Part shown: positions 1-11,156 of the stretch, piece after piece
Layout of the letters: each line of letters begins with the position of its first letter
Position numbering within the stretch: position 1 is the first letter of the stretch
NCBI RefSeq assembly: GCF_963921235.1
Contig: NC_086107.1
Span: 114,764,001 to 114,828,000 of the forward strand
DNA length: 64,000 nucleotides
Origin: Mobula hypostoma
Taxonomy: Eukaryota
Direction: 5' to 3'
Position numbers and translations under genes: made by a program
Notes under the pieces: generated by a model
What the model saw: the letters and a program-made list of their open reading frames with translations, nothing else
The model's database searches: none
What the model was told of the DNA's origin: nothing

Positions 1-351
1 AAAGTATAAAGTGTAAAGGAACACAACACAGCCCCTGCCACCTCTCTCACTGTGTTACTATGCGGTAGGAGACGAGGAACGAAGGATTAGTAAGGAAAAA
101 GGAGACTTACTATACCCAAACTTGATCGGCCAAATTCACTCCAAACACTGGCCCATTCACACAATGGCCACTCCACCTGCACTAGTGTTATTTTTATTCA
201 CGCTTTCCTATGAATCTGGCTGTGATTGGTCGCAGTCCAACTCTGAAAAACTGCTGCAAATGTTCTACCTTCTTAATCTTGAGTGCAAGCCTGATTGAAA
301 AGGTAGCCCACTCAATGATTGGTCACAGTCCGACTCCAACTGAACAGGAAA

Positions 352-790
352 AGTGCAGAGATTTACAAGGATGTTGCTGAGACTCGAGGCACTGATTTAT
401 GGAGAGAGGTTGGGCAGGTTGGGACTTTACTCCTTGGAGCATAGGAGACTGAGAGGTGACCTTACAGAGGTGTATAAAACCATGAGGGGCACAGACAGGG
501 TGTGTGCGTGAACCAGAGGGCACAGGCTTAAGGTGGGAGGGGAGAAATTTAATAGGGACCCAAGGCGTGACATTTTCACCCGGAGGGTGGTCCGTATATT
601 AAACAAGCAGCCAGAGGGAGGGGTTGAGAAAAGTATATTTACATATATAAGTCACTCAAATGGGTACACGGATAGGAAAGGGATGTGGGCTAAACATAGG
701 CAGATGGCTCCAGTTCATATCGGGATCTGGTAAAGCAGGGATGGGTTGGGCCAAATGGCATGTTTCCATGCTGAATGATTCTATAAGAGA
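352..790 (+). mobile_element. CR1 LINE 3' fragment
   Basis: Encodes LGLYSLEHRRLRGDLTEVYK, a CR1 ORF2 C-terminal motif. Decayed. Confidence 0.75.
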
Positions 791-814
791 TGTTCTGAGA
801 CAGGAATAAATGGG

Positions 815-910
815 CCAGTGGAATTAGTTTGGGGACTGACACGGGGCTGTGGAGAGAGAGCAGGGCAGTGGGATTAGTTTGGGGACTCACATGGGCCTGT
901 GGTAAAAGGC
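815..910. repeat. ~50-bp minisatellite type B (ggattagtttggggactgacacggggctgtgg...), 2 units
   Basis: Same unit as 8105-8880 and 11385-11530. Confidence 0.7.
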
Positions 911-988
911 CGGGCGATGATATGAGTCGAGCAGGTATAAAGGACTGGGTGTCTCTTTCTCTCTCCACTGGCCTTCTTCTCGTTCCAG

Positions 989-1137
989 TTTGCCATCGTA
1001 CAATACTCCGCGCTTGTCAGGACAGAACTGAGCTTTAAAACGTTCCAGGCCCAACGGAAGAATCTGCGTAATATCGTGAATAACATCCAGCTGATGGAGA
1101 GTGCAACCTATACCGCAACTGGGATCAATTTTACCAT
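989..1137 (+). CDS. VWA/integrin alpha I-domain gene, domain 1 exon B (FAIVQYS...TYTATGINFT)
   Basis: Acceptor ttccag, donor gtaact, 149 nt, phase 0-2. Translates FAIVQYSALVRTELSFKTFQAQRKNLRNIVNNIQLMESATYTATGINFT, matching the I-domain QYS and TxTATGI motifs. Confidence 0.92.
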
Positions 1138-1152
1138 GTAACTAAAACGTGT

Positions 1153-1645
1153 CCGGGAGTGTGTGATGGGACAGTGTGGAGGGAGAATCACCCTGTGTCT
1201 GACCCCGGGAGTGTGTGATGGGACGGTGTGGAGGGAGTTTCACTCTGTGTCTGACCCCGGGAGTGTGTGATGGGACGGTGTGGAGGGAGTTTCACTCTGT
1301 GTCTGACCCCGGGAGTGTGTGATGGGACGGTGTGGAGGGAGATTCACTCTGTGTCTGACCCCGGGAGTGTGTGATGGGACGGTGTGGAAGGAGCTTCACT
1401 CTGTGTCTGACTCAGGAGTGTGTGATGGGACGGTGTGGAGGGAGCTTCACTCTGTGTCTGACCCCGGGAGTGTGAGATGGGACGGTGTGGAGGGAGCTTC
1501 ACTTTGTGTCTGACCCCGGGAGTGTGTGCTGGGACGGTGTGGAGGGAAATTCACTCTGCGTCTGACCCCGGGAGTGTGTAATGGGACGGTGTGAAGGTTA
1601 TTTCACTCAGTCTGACTTCAGGAGTGTGTTACGGGACATTGTAGA
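1153..1645. repeat. 52-bp minisatellite type A (ccccgggagtgtgtgatgggacggtgtggagggagtttcactctgtgtctga), about 10 units
   Basis: Directly visible tandem units at 52-bp spacing in the B-C intron. Confidence 0.95.
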
Positions 1646-1909
1646 GGGATGTTTTCCAGTATTCTGGGAATAATTTAACACATTCCTGTCTTCTGACTGC
1701 GAATATTTGGATGGTGTGGTTACCATCGCACTGTGTGACGGCACTGGAAGTGACAGGTCACTGTTTGTTTACGGGTGAGTTTTCTGAGGTCTGTGTGATG
1801 GGGAAGGGGACAATTGTGTGGTGTGTGGTCCCTACCAGAGGGGATCAGGGGAGGAGGGAGCGTGATCTCCTATTCCTGATGTGACCTTCCTCCCTCTGGT
1901 GCTGTGCAG

Positions 1910-2063
1910 AAACAGAGTGTTCACTGAGGAGGCGGGGGCGAGAGAAGGTGCGAAGAAGGTCGTGATCGTGATCACGGATGGAGCGACCACACCAGGAGAT
2001 ATCAATGTGACCGAGGTCATCAGGAATGCTCAGGAGAAAGGGATCTTTCGCATTGCAATTGGG
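1910..2063 (+). CDS. I-domain 1 exon C (NRVFTEEAGAREG...ITDG...IAIG)
   Basis: Acceptor tgcag, donor gtatgt, 154 nt, phase 2-0. Contains GAR and VIVITDG (MIDAS Asp). In frame with exon 989-1137. Confidence 0.92.
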
Positions 2064-2847
2064 GTATGTACCCCTCGTTTGGGAGGGAGATCCGTGTGGG
2101 TCGGTGATGGACATCCACGTGGGAGGTGTGAGAATCACTGCCATAAATATACCCTTGGTCTCCACGGTCCTGTACAGCAACAAATCCCACCAATTCATCA
2201 CCGTCTGGCTGTAGCAGTTGCTCCGTGTCTGAGTTCTAAATAGTCGCCCCTACTTTCTGAGGTTGTTCCCAGGTCTGATTGCTTCCGAAGTGCAAGCAGT
2301 GTTATACTGCTGACCTTTTAACCCGTGTCGTAAATATCTCTTATACCGAATGTCAGTCTTCTGGAATATAGTTTATTATTTGTTAATTTATTTATGGTCA
2401 TATTACTTCGTGTGTTGTGTGTGCTGCGTTCTACTCCTTGGTCTGAAGGAAGGTTGTTTGATTTAGCACTACACATACATAAGGTTGAACGACAATAAAG
2501 TTGAACTTGAGATCCCAGACTCTCCCACTACTGGAAATACTCTCTCCATGTCAACTTTGTCCAGGCCATGGGAAGGTTGTGATGAGAGCCCGTCCCACTC
2601 TAGTTTCAATCTAGTCCCAAACTTGTGCCTCTGCCAACTTACCTGCTCCGCAGTGTCTCTTTTGCTGTTGGATGCTCCCGATAGAGTGATTTCTCCTGTC
2701 TTGTTTCTGACCCACACTGACTCGGTAGATGTTGCCACCATGACGTCCACCCTGTCTGCAGGGACAATATCTCTGATTAGCAATGCTCTGGCTCTCCCCT
2801 ATAAAACTGAGACTGTGAGCCGGTTTCCAATTCTACTATGTTCACAG

Positions 2848-2992
2848 GTTGGAGATAGTTTCGAGAAGGGCAGCAGGGGTCTGAGTGAGCTGACCACCAT
2901 CGCCTCATGCACCAGATGCCTGATCAAGATCAAGGATTATTCTCTACACTCTGTCCTCCAGGATGTCCAGTCCAAAATCGACACAATCGATG
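2848..2992 (+). CDS. I-domain 1 exon D (VGDSF...ELTTIASC...KIDTID)
   Basis: Acceptor ttcacag, donor gtgagg, 145 nt, phase 0-1. Resembles the last I-domain exon of beta2-integrin alpha chains (VGDAF...ELxTIAS...KIFAIEG). Confidence 0.9.
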
Positions 2993-4055
2993 GTGAGGGT
3001 GGCAACCTGGAGTGTGGGGCTTTGCACGGGACACGTCTCGCTCCCTCCATCTCCATCTCTCATGTTTGTTTGTCCTTCCTTCCAGTCCCCTCCATTACAC
3101 TCCAGTATTTCTGATCCTCACCCTCTATCTATCCCTCACTCACCTCCACCCTCCCTATCCCCTCCATCCCTTCAGCCACTCCACCTGTCCCCCTCTGCTC
3201 CTGTTCTCTCCATTCCTCCCTCCTATCCAATCCTCTTCCCTCCATCCTTGCTCTCCTCCATCTCTCTGTTCTTCTGTTCCCTACTCTCCATCCCCAAACC
3301 CAATTTACAACAGGAAGTAGGAAAGCCCGAGTCAAAAAGGGAATGTTATCATAGTCATGGGAGATTATAACATGCAAGTCAATTGGGAAAATCAGGTTGG
3401 TAACGGATCTCAAGACAGTGAGTTTGTTGAATGCAGAAGAGATGGCTTTTTAGAGCGGTTTGTCATTGAACCAGCTAGGGGATCAGATATACTGCACTGG
3501 GTGTTATGTAATGAACCAGAGGCAATTAGAAAGCTTAAGTGAACCAGTGATCATAATATGATTGTGTTCAACTTGAAATTTAATAGGAAGAAAGTCTGAT
3601 GTAGCAGTATTTCAGTGGAGTAAGGGAAATTACAGTGGTATGAGAGAGGAGTTAGCAAAAGTAAATTAGAAGGAGCTGCTGGCAGGGATGTTTCTGGGAA
3701 AAATGAGCAAAGTGCACGACATGTGTATTCCAAAAATGAAGAAATACTCAAATGATAAAATAGCACAACCGTGGCTGACAAGGGACGTCAAAGCAATTGT
3801 AAAAGCAAAAGGAAGGGCATACGACAAAGCAAAAATTAATTGGAAGATAGAGATTGGGAAGTTTTAAAAAAAACCTACAGAGAGCAACTAATAAATTATT
3901 GGCAGGAAAAAGATGAAATATGAAAACAAGCTGGCAAATAATATCAAAGTGGATGGTAAACACGAGGAATTCTGCAGATGCTGGAATTTCAAGCAACACA
4001 CATCAAAATTGCTGGTGAAAGCAGCAGACCAGGCAGCATCTCTAGGAAGAGGTAC

Positions 4056-4091
4056 AGTCGACGTTTCAGGCCGAGACCCTTCGTCAGGACT
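4056..4091 (-). ncRNA. Minimal type I hammerhead ribozyme (Penelope terminal repeat)
   Basis: Minus strand reads AGTC-CTGACGA-AGGGTCTCGGCCT-GAAAC-GTC-GACT: complete catalytic core, helix I AGTC/GACT, short helix II. Confidence 0.75.
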
Positions 4092-4881
4092 AACTGAAGG
4101 AAGAGTGAGTAAGAGATTTCAAAGATGGAGGGGGAGGGGGAGGGGGAGGGGGAGGGGGAGATCCAAATGATAGGAGAAGACAGGAGGGGGAGGGATGGAG
4201 CCAAGAGCTGGACAGGTGATTGGCAAAAGGGGATATGAGAGGATCATGGGACGGGAGGCCTAGGGAGAAAGAACGGGGGAGGGGGGAAACCCAGAGGATG
4301 GGCAAGGAGTATAGTGAGAGGGACAGAGGGTGAAAAAGGAGTGAGAGAAAATGGTCTCCTTCGCAGACCATTTTGCTGAACACCTACGCTCTGTCCGCCA
4401 GAGAGAGCAGGATCTCCCAGTGGCCACACATTTTAATTCCACATCCCATTCCCATTCTGATATGTCTATCCACGGCCTCCTCTACTGTAAAGATGAAGCC
4501 ACACTCAGGTTGGAGGAACAACACCTTATATTCTGTCTGGGTAGCCTCCAACCTGATGGCATGAACATTGACTTCTCAAACTTCCGTTAATGCCCCTCCT
4601 CCCCCTTGTACCCCATCCATTATATATATTCTTTTTCCCTCTCTCCTTTTTCTCCCTCTGTCCCTCTCACTATACCCCTTGCCCATCCTCTGGGCTTTTT
4701 CCCCCCTTCCCCCTTTTCCTTCTCCCTGGGCCTCCTGTCCCATGATCCTCTCATATCCCTTTTGCCAATCACCTGTCCAGCTCTTGGCTCCATCCCTCCC
4801 CCTCCTGTCTTCTCCTATCATTTCGGATCTCCCCCTCCCCCCGCCCCACTTTCAAATCTCTTACTAGCTCTTCTTTCAATT

Positions 4882-4917
4882 AGTCCTGACGAAGGGTCTT
4901 GGCCCGAAACGTCGACT
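4882..4917 (+). ncRNA. Minimal type I hammerhead ribozyme (Penelope terminal repeat)
   Basis: AGTC-CTGACGA-AGGGTCTTGGCCC-GAAAC-GTC-GACT. Predicted cleavage after C4913. Confidence 0.8.
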
Positions 4918-7065
4918 GTACCTCTTCCTCGAGATTCTGCCTGGCCTGCTGCGTTCACCAGCAACTTCAAAGTGGATAGTAACAGTTTTTTCAAGTTTGT
5001 TAAAAATGAAAGAAATATAAATGTGGTTATAAGACTGTCAGAAAATGAGGCAGGAGAAATAATAGCAGGGGACAAGGAGACGGCTGTGGAACTGAATGAG
5101 TATTTTGCAACAGTCTGCACTGTGAAAGACACCAACAGTATGCCTGATGTTGTAGTGAGTGAAGGAAGAGAAGTGGGTGCAGTTGCTGTTACAAGAGAGA
5201 AGGTGCTCAAAAAGCTGAAAGACCTAACAAGTCACTTGGACCAGAGGAACTGCACCCTAGGGTCATGAAAGAGGCAACATTAGAGATTGTGGTGGCAGTA
5301 GAAATGTTCTTTCAAAAATCATGGTGCCAGAGGACTGGAAAATTGCAAATGTCACTCCAGTCTTTAAAAAAGGAGGAAGGCAGCAGAAAGGAAATTATAG
5401 ACCAGTTAGCCTGACCTCAGTGGTTGCAAAAATGTTGGAGTCAATTGTTAAGGACGAGGTGATGGAGTACTTGGTGACACAGGACAAGGTAGGACAAAGT
5501 CAGTATCATGTCCTTCAGGGAAAATCCTGCCTGATGAACCTGTTGGAATTCTTTGAGGATATTACATGTAGGATAGATAAAGGGGATGCAGTGGATGTTG
5601 TATATTTGGACTTTCAGAAGGCCTTTAACAAGGTGCCACACATGGGGCTGCTTACCAAGTTAAGAGCCCACAGTATTATAGGAAAGTTACTAACATGGTT
5701 AGAGCATTGGCTGATTGGTAGGAGGCAGCCAGTGGGAATAAAAGGATCCTTTTCTGGTTGGCTGCCAGTGACTAGTGGTGTTCCATAGGGGTTGGTGTCT
5801 GGACCACTTCCTTTTAATGTTGTATATCAATGATGGAATTGATTACTTTGTTGCCAAATTTGCTGATGATTTGAAGATTGGTGGAGGGGCAGGTAGTGTT
5901 GAGGGAACAGGTAGGATGTAGAAGGATTTAGAAAGATTAGGAGAATGGGCAAGAAAGTGACAAATGAAATGCAATGTTTGGAAAATGCATGGTCAAGCAC
6001 TTTGGTAGTAGAAATAAATGTGCAGACTATTTTCTAAACAGGGAGAAAATCCAGGAATCTGAGATGCAGAGGGACTTGGGAGTCCTTGTCCAGAACACCC
6101 TCAAGGTTAACTTGCAGGTTGAGTTGGTGGTGAGGAAGGCAAATGCCATGTTAACGTTCATTTCAAGAGGTCTAGAATACAAGAGCAAGGATATTATGCT
6201 GAGGCTTTATAAGGCAGTGGTGAGGCCTCACCTTGAGTATTGGGAACAGCTTTGGGTCCCTCATCTTAGAAAAGATGTGCTGGCATTGGAGAGGGTCCAA
6301 AGATGATTTCAGGAATGAAAGGGTTATCATACGAGGGACGTTTGATGGCTCTGGGTCTGTTCTCTCTGGAATTCAGAAGGATGAGAGGGGACCTCATTGA
6401 AATCTTTTGAATATTGAAAGGCTTAGATAGAGTAGATGTGGAAAGGATGTTTCCCATGGTGGGAGAGTCTAGGACAAGAGGGCACAGCCTCTGGGTAGAG
6501 GGGCGCCCTTCCAAAACAGAGATGCAGAGAAATTTCTTTAGCCAGAGGATGGTGAATTTGTGGAATGTGTTGCCACATGCAGCTGTGGAGGCCAGGTGGT
6601 TGGGTGTATTTAAGGCAGAGATTGATAGGTTCTTGATTGGACATGGCATCAAAGGTTACGGGGAGCAGGCCAGGAACTGGGGTTGAGGAGGAGAAAAAAA
6701 AGGATCAGCCGTGATTGAATGGTGGAGCAGACTCAATGGGCCAGATGGCCTAATTCTGCTCCCATGCCTTATGGTCTTATAGTCTAACTCACTCCGTCCC
6801 ACTACCCTCCATCATTCTCCCCTCTGTTCCATCCCTTCCCCCTTCCCGTCACTTCCCCCCACACGTCAGGGACCTCTTCATCATCTTTCCATCAGTGTAA
6901 CACTCCCTCCTCATCACAACCTCCCTCAATGGGTTGCTCCCTCTTCACCGCCAGTCCCTCCTTCAGCGTGACCATTCCTCTTTGCTGCACCTCCATAGTC
7001 ATGATGCTCCCTCTTCGTCGTTGGCCCCCTCTCTCACCCTTTGCTGCTCTCCCTCTCTCTGCCAG

Positions 7066-7193
7066 AGTGTACCGCTGAGATGGTAGATGTGGTCTTCCTC
7101 TTCGATGGGTCCAACAGCTTCACCAAAAGAGACCTGGAGGCGAACAAAAAGTTCATGTTGAATATGATGCAGGCGTCAGGTGCCAACACGCAG
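7066..7193 (+). CDS. I-domain 2 exon A with MIDAS DxSxS ([18 protein letters not shown]...)
   Basis: Long polypyrimidine tract with gccag acceptor, donor gtcagt, 128 nt, phase 1-0. Contains [11 protein letters not shown]. Joins exon 2848-2992 in frame. Confidence 0.92.
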
Positions 7194-7294
7194 GTCAGTG
7201 ACGGACAGGGGTGTGGTCAGGGGTGGGAAGGAGCAAGGGGGGGGATTGGGTGTGAGAGGAGAGAGAGAGAGAGAGAGAGAGCAGAACAGTTAAA

Positions 7295-7790
7295 TAGAAT
7301 GGATAATGAAGATGCATATATCAGGATGCTCTTTATTGACTACAGCTCAGCATTCAATACCATCACCCCCTCAAAACTAATCAATAAGCTCCAAGACCTG
7401 GGCCTCAATACCTCCTTTTGCAATTGCATCCTCAATTTCCTCTGTTGCAGAGCCCAGTAGATCGGATTGGCATCATCTCCTCCACAGTCTCCATCAGCAC
7501 AGAAGCACCAGAAGCTGTGTGCTCAGCCCCTGCTCTACTCACGTTACCCCTATCACTGTGCGGCTAAGCACAGCTCCAACACCGTAGACAAGTTTGCTGA
7601 CGGCTCCGCTGTTGTAGGTGGGAGACTGGAAATCTGGTTGAATGGTGCTACAACACCAACCCCTCAGTCAGCGCCACCAAACTGAAAGAGCTGATCATTG
7701 GCTGCAGGTGCAGGAGACTGGAGGTCCACGGACCAGTCCTCATTTGGGGATCGGAGTTGGAGAAGGTCAGGGTCAGTTCCTTGGTGTTCT
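7295..7790 (+). mobile_element. Rex1/Babar-type LINE RT fragment
   Basis: [16 protein letters not shown] and KFAD motifs, frameshifted. Confidence 0.75.
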
Positions 7791-8104
7791 AATTCCAGAG
7801 GATTTTTAGGCCAAACAGCACCTTAATTTGGGTATATTTACATGACAGGTTGATAGGTTCTTGATTTGTCAGGGCATCAAATTCTGCAGGAAGACGAGAA
7901 GAGAATGTGGTTGAAACGGACAATGAACCAGCTGTGATGGAATGGCAGAGCATATTCAATGGGCTGAATGGCCTAATTCTGCTCCTATGTCTTATATGAT
8001 GGAATATTCTGTGCTTACTTTAGTAATAGATTAAGATTTGGCATTTTTACTTTAATTTTGAATAATGGAAACATGGTCACAACAATGTTGTCAATGTGGG
8101 CGAA

Positions 8105-8880
8105 GAGAGAGAGCAGGGGCTGTGGGATTAGTTTGGAGACTGACACAGGACTCTGGGGAGAGAGCGGGGCATTAGGGTTAGTTTGTGGTCTGACACAGGG
8201 CTGTGGGGAGAGGGTGGAGCAGTGGATGAGTTTGGGGACTAACACCGCGCTTTGGGCGAGTGCGGAGCAGTGTGATTAGTTTGGGGAGTGAGACTAGTCT
8301 GTGGGGAGAGTGCGGGCAGTAGTATTTATTTTGGGACTGACACAGTTCCGTGGGATTAATTTAGGACGGACACAGGGCTGTGAGGAGAGAACGTATCAGT
8401 GGGATTCGTCTGTGGATAAAGAACAGGTCGTGGGGCGGGGGGGGTGGGTCAGCTTGTGGACTGACGCTGTGCTGTGGGGAGAGAGCTGGGCACCAGTTTC
8501 GTTTCGGGATCGACACGGGGCTTCGGGAAGGGTACAGGACAGTGGAATTCATTCGGGGATTGCGACAGGGCTGTAGTGGGATTAATTAGGCGACTGACAG
8601 GGCTGTGGGGAGATAGTGGGGCGGTGGGTTTAGTTTGCGATTGATACAGGCCTCTGGGGAGTGAGTGGGGTAGTGGAATTACTTTTGGACTGACGCAGTG
8701 CTGGGGGGAGAGAGCGTGTCAGTGGGATTCTTTTGGTAACTGACACAGGTCTGTCCGAAGAGAGTGGGACAGTGGGATTAGTTTGGGGACTGACACAGGG
8801 CTCTGGGGAGATGTTGGGCAGTGGGATTTGTTCGGGGACTGACACGGGGCTGTGCGGAGAGAGTGGGGTATTCGGATTAG
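8105..8880. repeat. ~50-bp diverged minisatellite type B array
   Basis: Repeated ggattagtttggggactgacacagggctgtggggagagag units. Confidence 0.85.
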
Positions 8881-8944
8881 TCGAGCAGATGCACAGGATG
8901 GGATGGCACTCTCTTCACCAAAGCATTCATCTCTGTCTCAACAG

Positions 8945-9093
8945 TTTGCCATCGTACAATACTCCCTGTATTCCAGAACGGAGATGAACTTTACAACGTT
9001 CCGGACCCAACCAGGGAATCTGCGTGAGATCGTGAATAATTTCCAACTGATGGAGAGTTTGACATTTACCGCAACTGGGATTAATTTTACTAT
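8945..9093 (+). CDS. I-domain 2 exon B (FAIVQYS...TFTATGINFT)
   Basis: Acceptor caacag, donor gtaact, 149 nt. Paralogue of 989-1137, about 36/50 aa identical by manual alignment. Confidence 0.92.
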
Positions 9094-9109
9094 GTAACTA
9101 TTCTGTAAA

Positions 9110-9655
9110 CGGGAGTGTGCGATGGGGTGTGGAGGGAGCTTCACTCTGTGTCTGACCGCGGGAGTATGTGATGGGACGGTGTGGAGGGAGTTTCACTCTG
9201 TGTCTGACCCCGGGAGTGTGTGATGGGACGGTGTGGAGGGAGTTTCACTCTGTGTCTGACTCCGGGAGTGTGTGATGGGACGGTGTGGAGGGAGTTTCAC
9301 TCTGTGTCTGACTCCGGGAGTGTGTGATGGGACGGTGTGGAGGGAGTTTCACTCTGTGTCTGACCCCGGGAGTGTGTGATGGGACGGTGTGGAGGGAGCT
9401 TCACTCTGTGTCTGACCCCGGGACTGTGTGATGGGACGGTGTGGAGGAAGCTTCACTCTGTGTCTGACCCCGGGAGTGTGTGATGGGACGGTGTGGAGGG
9501 AGATTCACTCTGTGTCTGACCCCGGGAGTGTGTGATGGGACGGTGTGGAGGGAGATTCACTCTGTGTCTGACCCCGGCAGTGTGTGATAGGACGGTGTGG
9601 AGGGAGCTTCACTCTGTGCCTGACCCCGGGAGTGTGTGATGGGACGGTGTGGAGA
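9110..9655. repeat. 52-bp minisatellite type A, about 11 units
   Basis: Same unit as 1153-1645, in the equivalent intron of domain 2. Confidence 0.95.
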
Positions 9656-9693
9656 AAGGATCGCTCTGTGACTCTAACACTCCTTCTGCTCAG

Positions 9694-9847
9694 AGACAAT
9701 GTGTTCACGGAGGAAGCTGGGGCAAGGGAGGGAGTAGCAAGACTGCTGGTCCTAATCACGGACGGACAGCCCACACCAGGGGACATCGACCTCAACCAGG
9801 TTGTCGCCAGGGCTCAGGAAAAGCAGATTCTCCGCTTTGTCGTTCGG
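9694..9847 (+). CDS. I-domain 2 exon C (DNVFTEEAGAREG...LITDG...)
   Basis: Acceptor ctcag, donor gtaggt, 154 nt. Paralogue of 1910-2063. Confidence 0.9.
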
Positions 9848-9929
9848 GTAGGTTGATGGGATTTATCACAGTGTGACTGTATGGTTCCCACAGTGTGAGA
9901 GTGTGATACGTCTGTGAGAGAGACATCTT

Positions 9930-9930
9930 T

Positions 9931-9967
<37 letters not shown>

Positions 9968-10048
9968 TGAGAGAGAGACAGAGACAGAAAGAGAGGAAAA
10001 AAGAGATAGAGGGAGAGAGACCGAGAGACAGAGAGAGAAGGATATGTA

Positions 10049-10096
<48 letters not shown>

Positions 10097-10237
10097 TGTG
10101 AGTGTGTGTGTGAGTGTGAGTGTGTGAGTGTGTGTGAGTGTGTCTGTGTGAGTCTGTGAGTGTGTGTGTGTGAGTGTGAGTGTGTGTGTGAGTGTGTATG
10201 TGAGTGTGTGTGTGAGTGTGCGTGTGAGTGTGTGTGT

Positions 10238-10271
<34 letters not shown>

Positions 10272-11092
10272 GTGTGAGTGTGTGAGTGTGTGTGAGTGTG
10301 TGTGTGTGTGAGTGTGTGTGTGAGTGTGTGTGAGTGTGTGTGTGTGTGAGAGTGTGTGTGTGTGTGTGAGTGTGTGTGTGTGTGTGAGTGTGTGTGTGTG
10401 TGAGTGTGTGTCTGTCTGTGTCTGCGTGTGTGTCTGAGAGAGAAAGAGAGAGACAGAAAGAGAGGAAAAAAAGAGATAGAGTGATAGAGACCGAGAGACA
10501 GAGAGAAGGATATGTATGTGAGTGTGTGTGAGTGTGTGAGTGTGTGTGAGTGTGTGTGTGTGAGTGTGTGTGAGTGTGTGTGTGTGTGTGTGTGTGAGTG
10601 TGTGTGTGTGAGTGTGTGTGAGTATGTGTGTGTGTGTTGGAGTGAACATCTGTATTGTGAACGTGTGCGTATCTCCATGTGTGTGTGACAGAGAAAGAGA
10701 CAGAAAGAGAAAGAGAGAGAGAAAAAAGAGATAGAGGGAGAGAAACAGAGAAAGATGTGTGTGTGTGAGAGAGAGGGGGGAGAGGGGGAAGAGGGGGAGG
10801 GGGAAAGGGGGGAGAGGGAAGGGGAGAGTGGGGGAGGGGGAGGGGAGTGGAGGAGGAGAGGAGGGGAGGGGAGAGTGGGGAGGGGGAGGGGGAGAGGAGG
10901 GAAAGGGGAGGGGGAGGGGGAGGGGGAGGGGGAGAGGAGGGAAAGGGGAGGGGGAGGTGGAGAGGGGGAGAGTAGGGGGGAGAGGGGGAGGGGGAGGGGA
11001 GGGGGAGAGGGGGAGGGGGAGGGGGAGAGGGGGAGAGTAGGGGGAGGGGGAGGGGAGAGGGGAGGGGGTGAGAGGGGGGAGGGGGAGGGGGA
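9930..11092. repeat. (TG)n/(GA)n microsatellites followed by a G-rich polypurine tract
   Basis: Direct inspection. Polypurine tract at about 10770-11092. Confidence 0.95.
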
Positions 11093-11156
11093 GCTGTTCT
11101 GTTTGTGTGGACGTTACACAGACAGTTCTGAGGATTGTGAAGTGCCTCTTGTCCAG

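Larger units (their letters stand above)
3960..4966 (+). mobile_element. 5'-truncated Penelope-like element (GIY-YIG C-terminus) with inverted ~350-bp terminal repeats and 16-bp TSD
   Basis: ORF 4351-4590 (PVATHFN...LEEQHLIF.LGSLQPDGMNIDF). 4007-4350 is the reverse complement of about 4630-4966. Flanks are TCAAAGTGGATGGTAA (3944-3959) and TCAAAGTGGATAGTAA (4967-4982). Confidence 0.85.
3300..6786 (+). mobile_element. CR1 LINE ORF2, decayed, interrupted by a Penelope insertion
   Basis: ORF fragments with PEDWKIANVTPVFKKG, NYRPVSLTS, YLDFQKAF and FADD. CR1 3' tail cttatggtcttat. Confidence 0.9.

Noticed and set aside
2485..3114. 209-aa ORF as a single-exon gene
   Set aside because: Only 2848-2992 is I-domain-like and bounded by splice sites. 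The rest is intronic read-through, partly antisense CR1.
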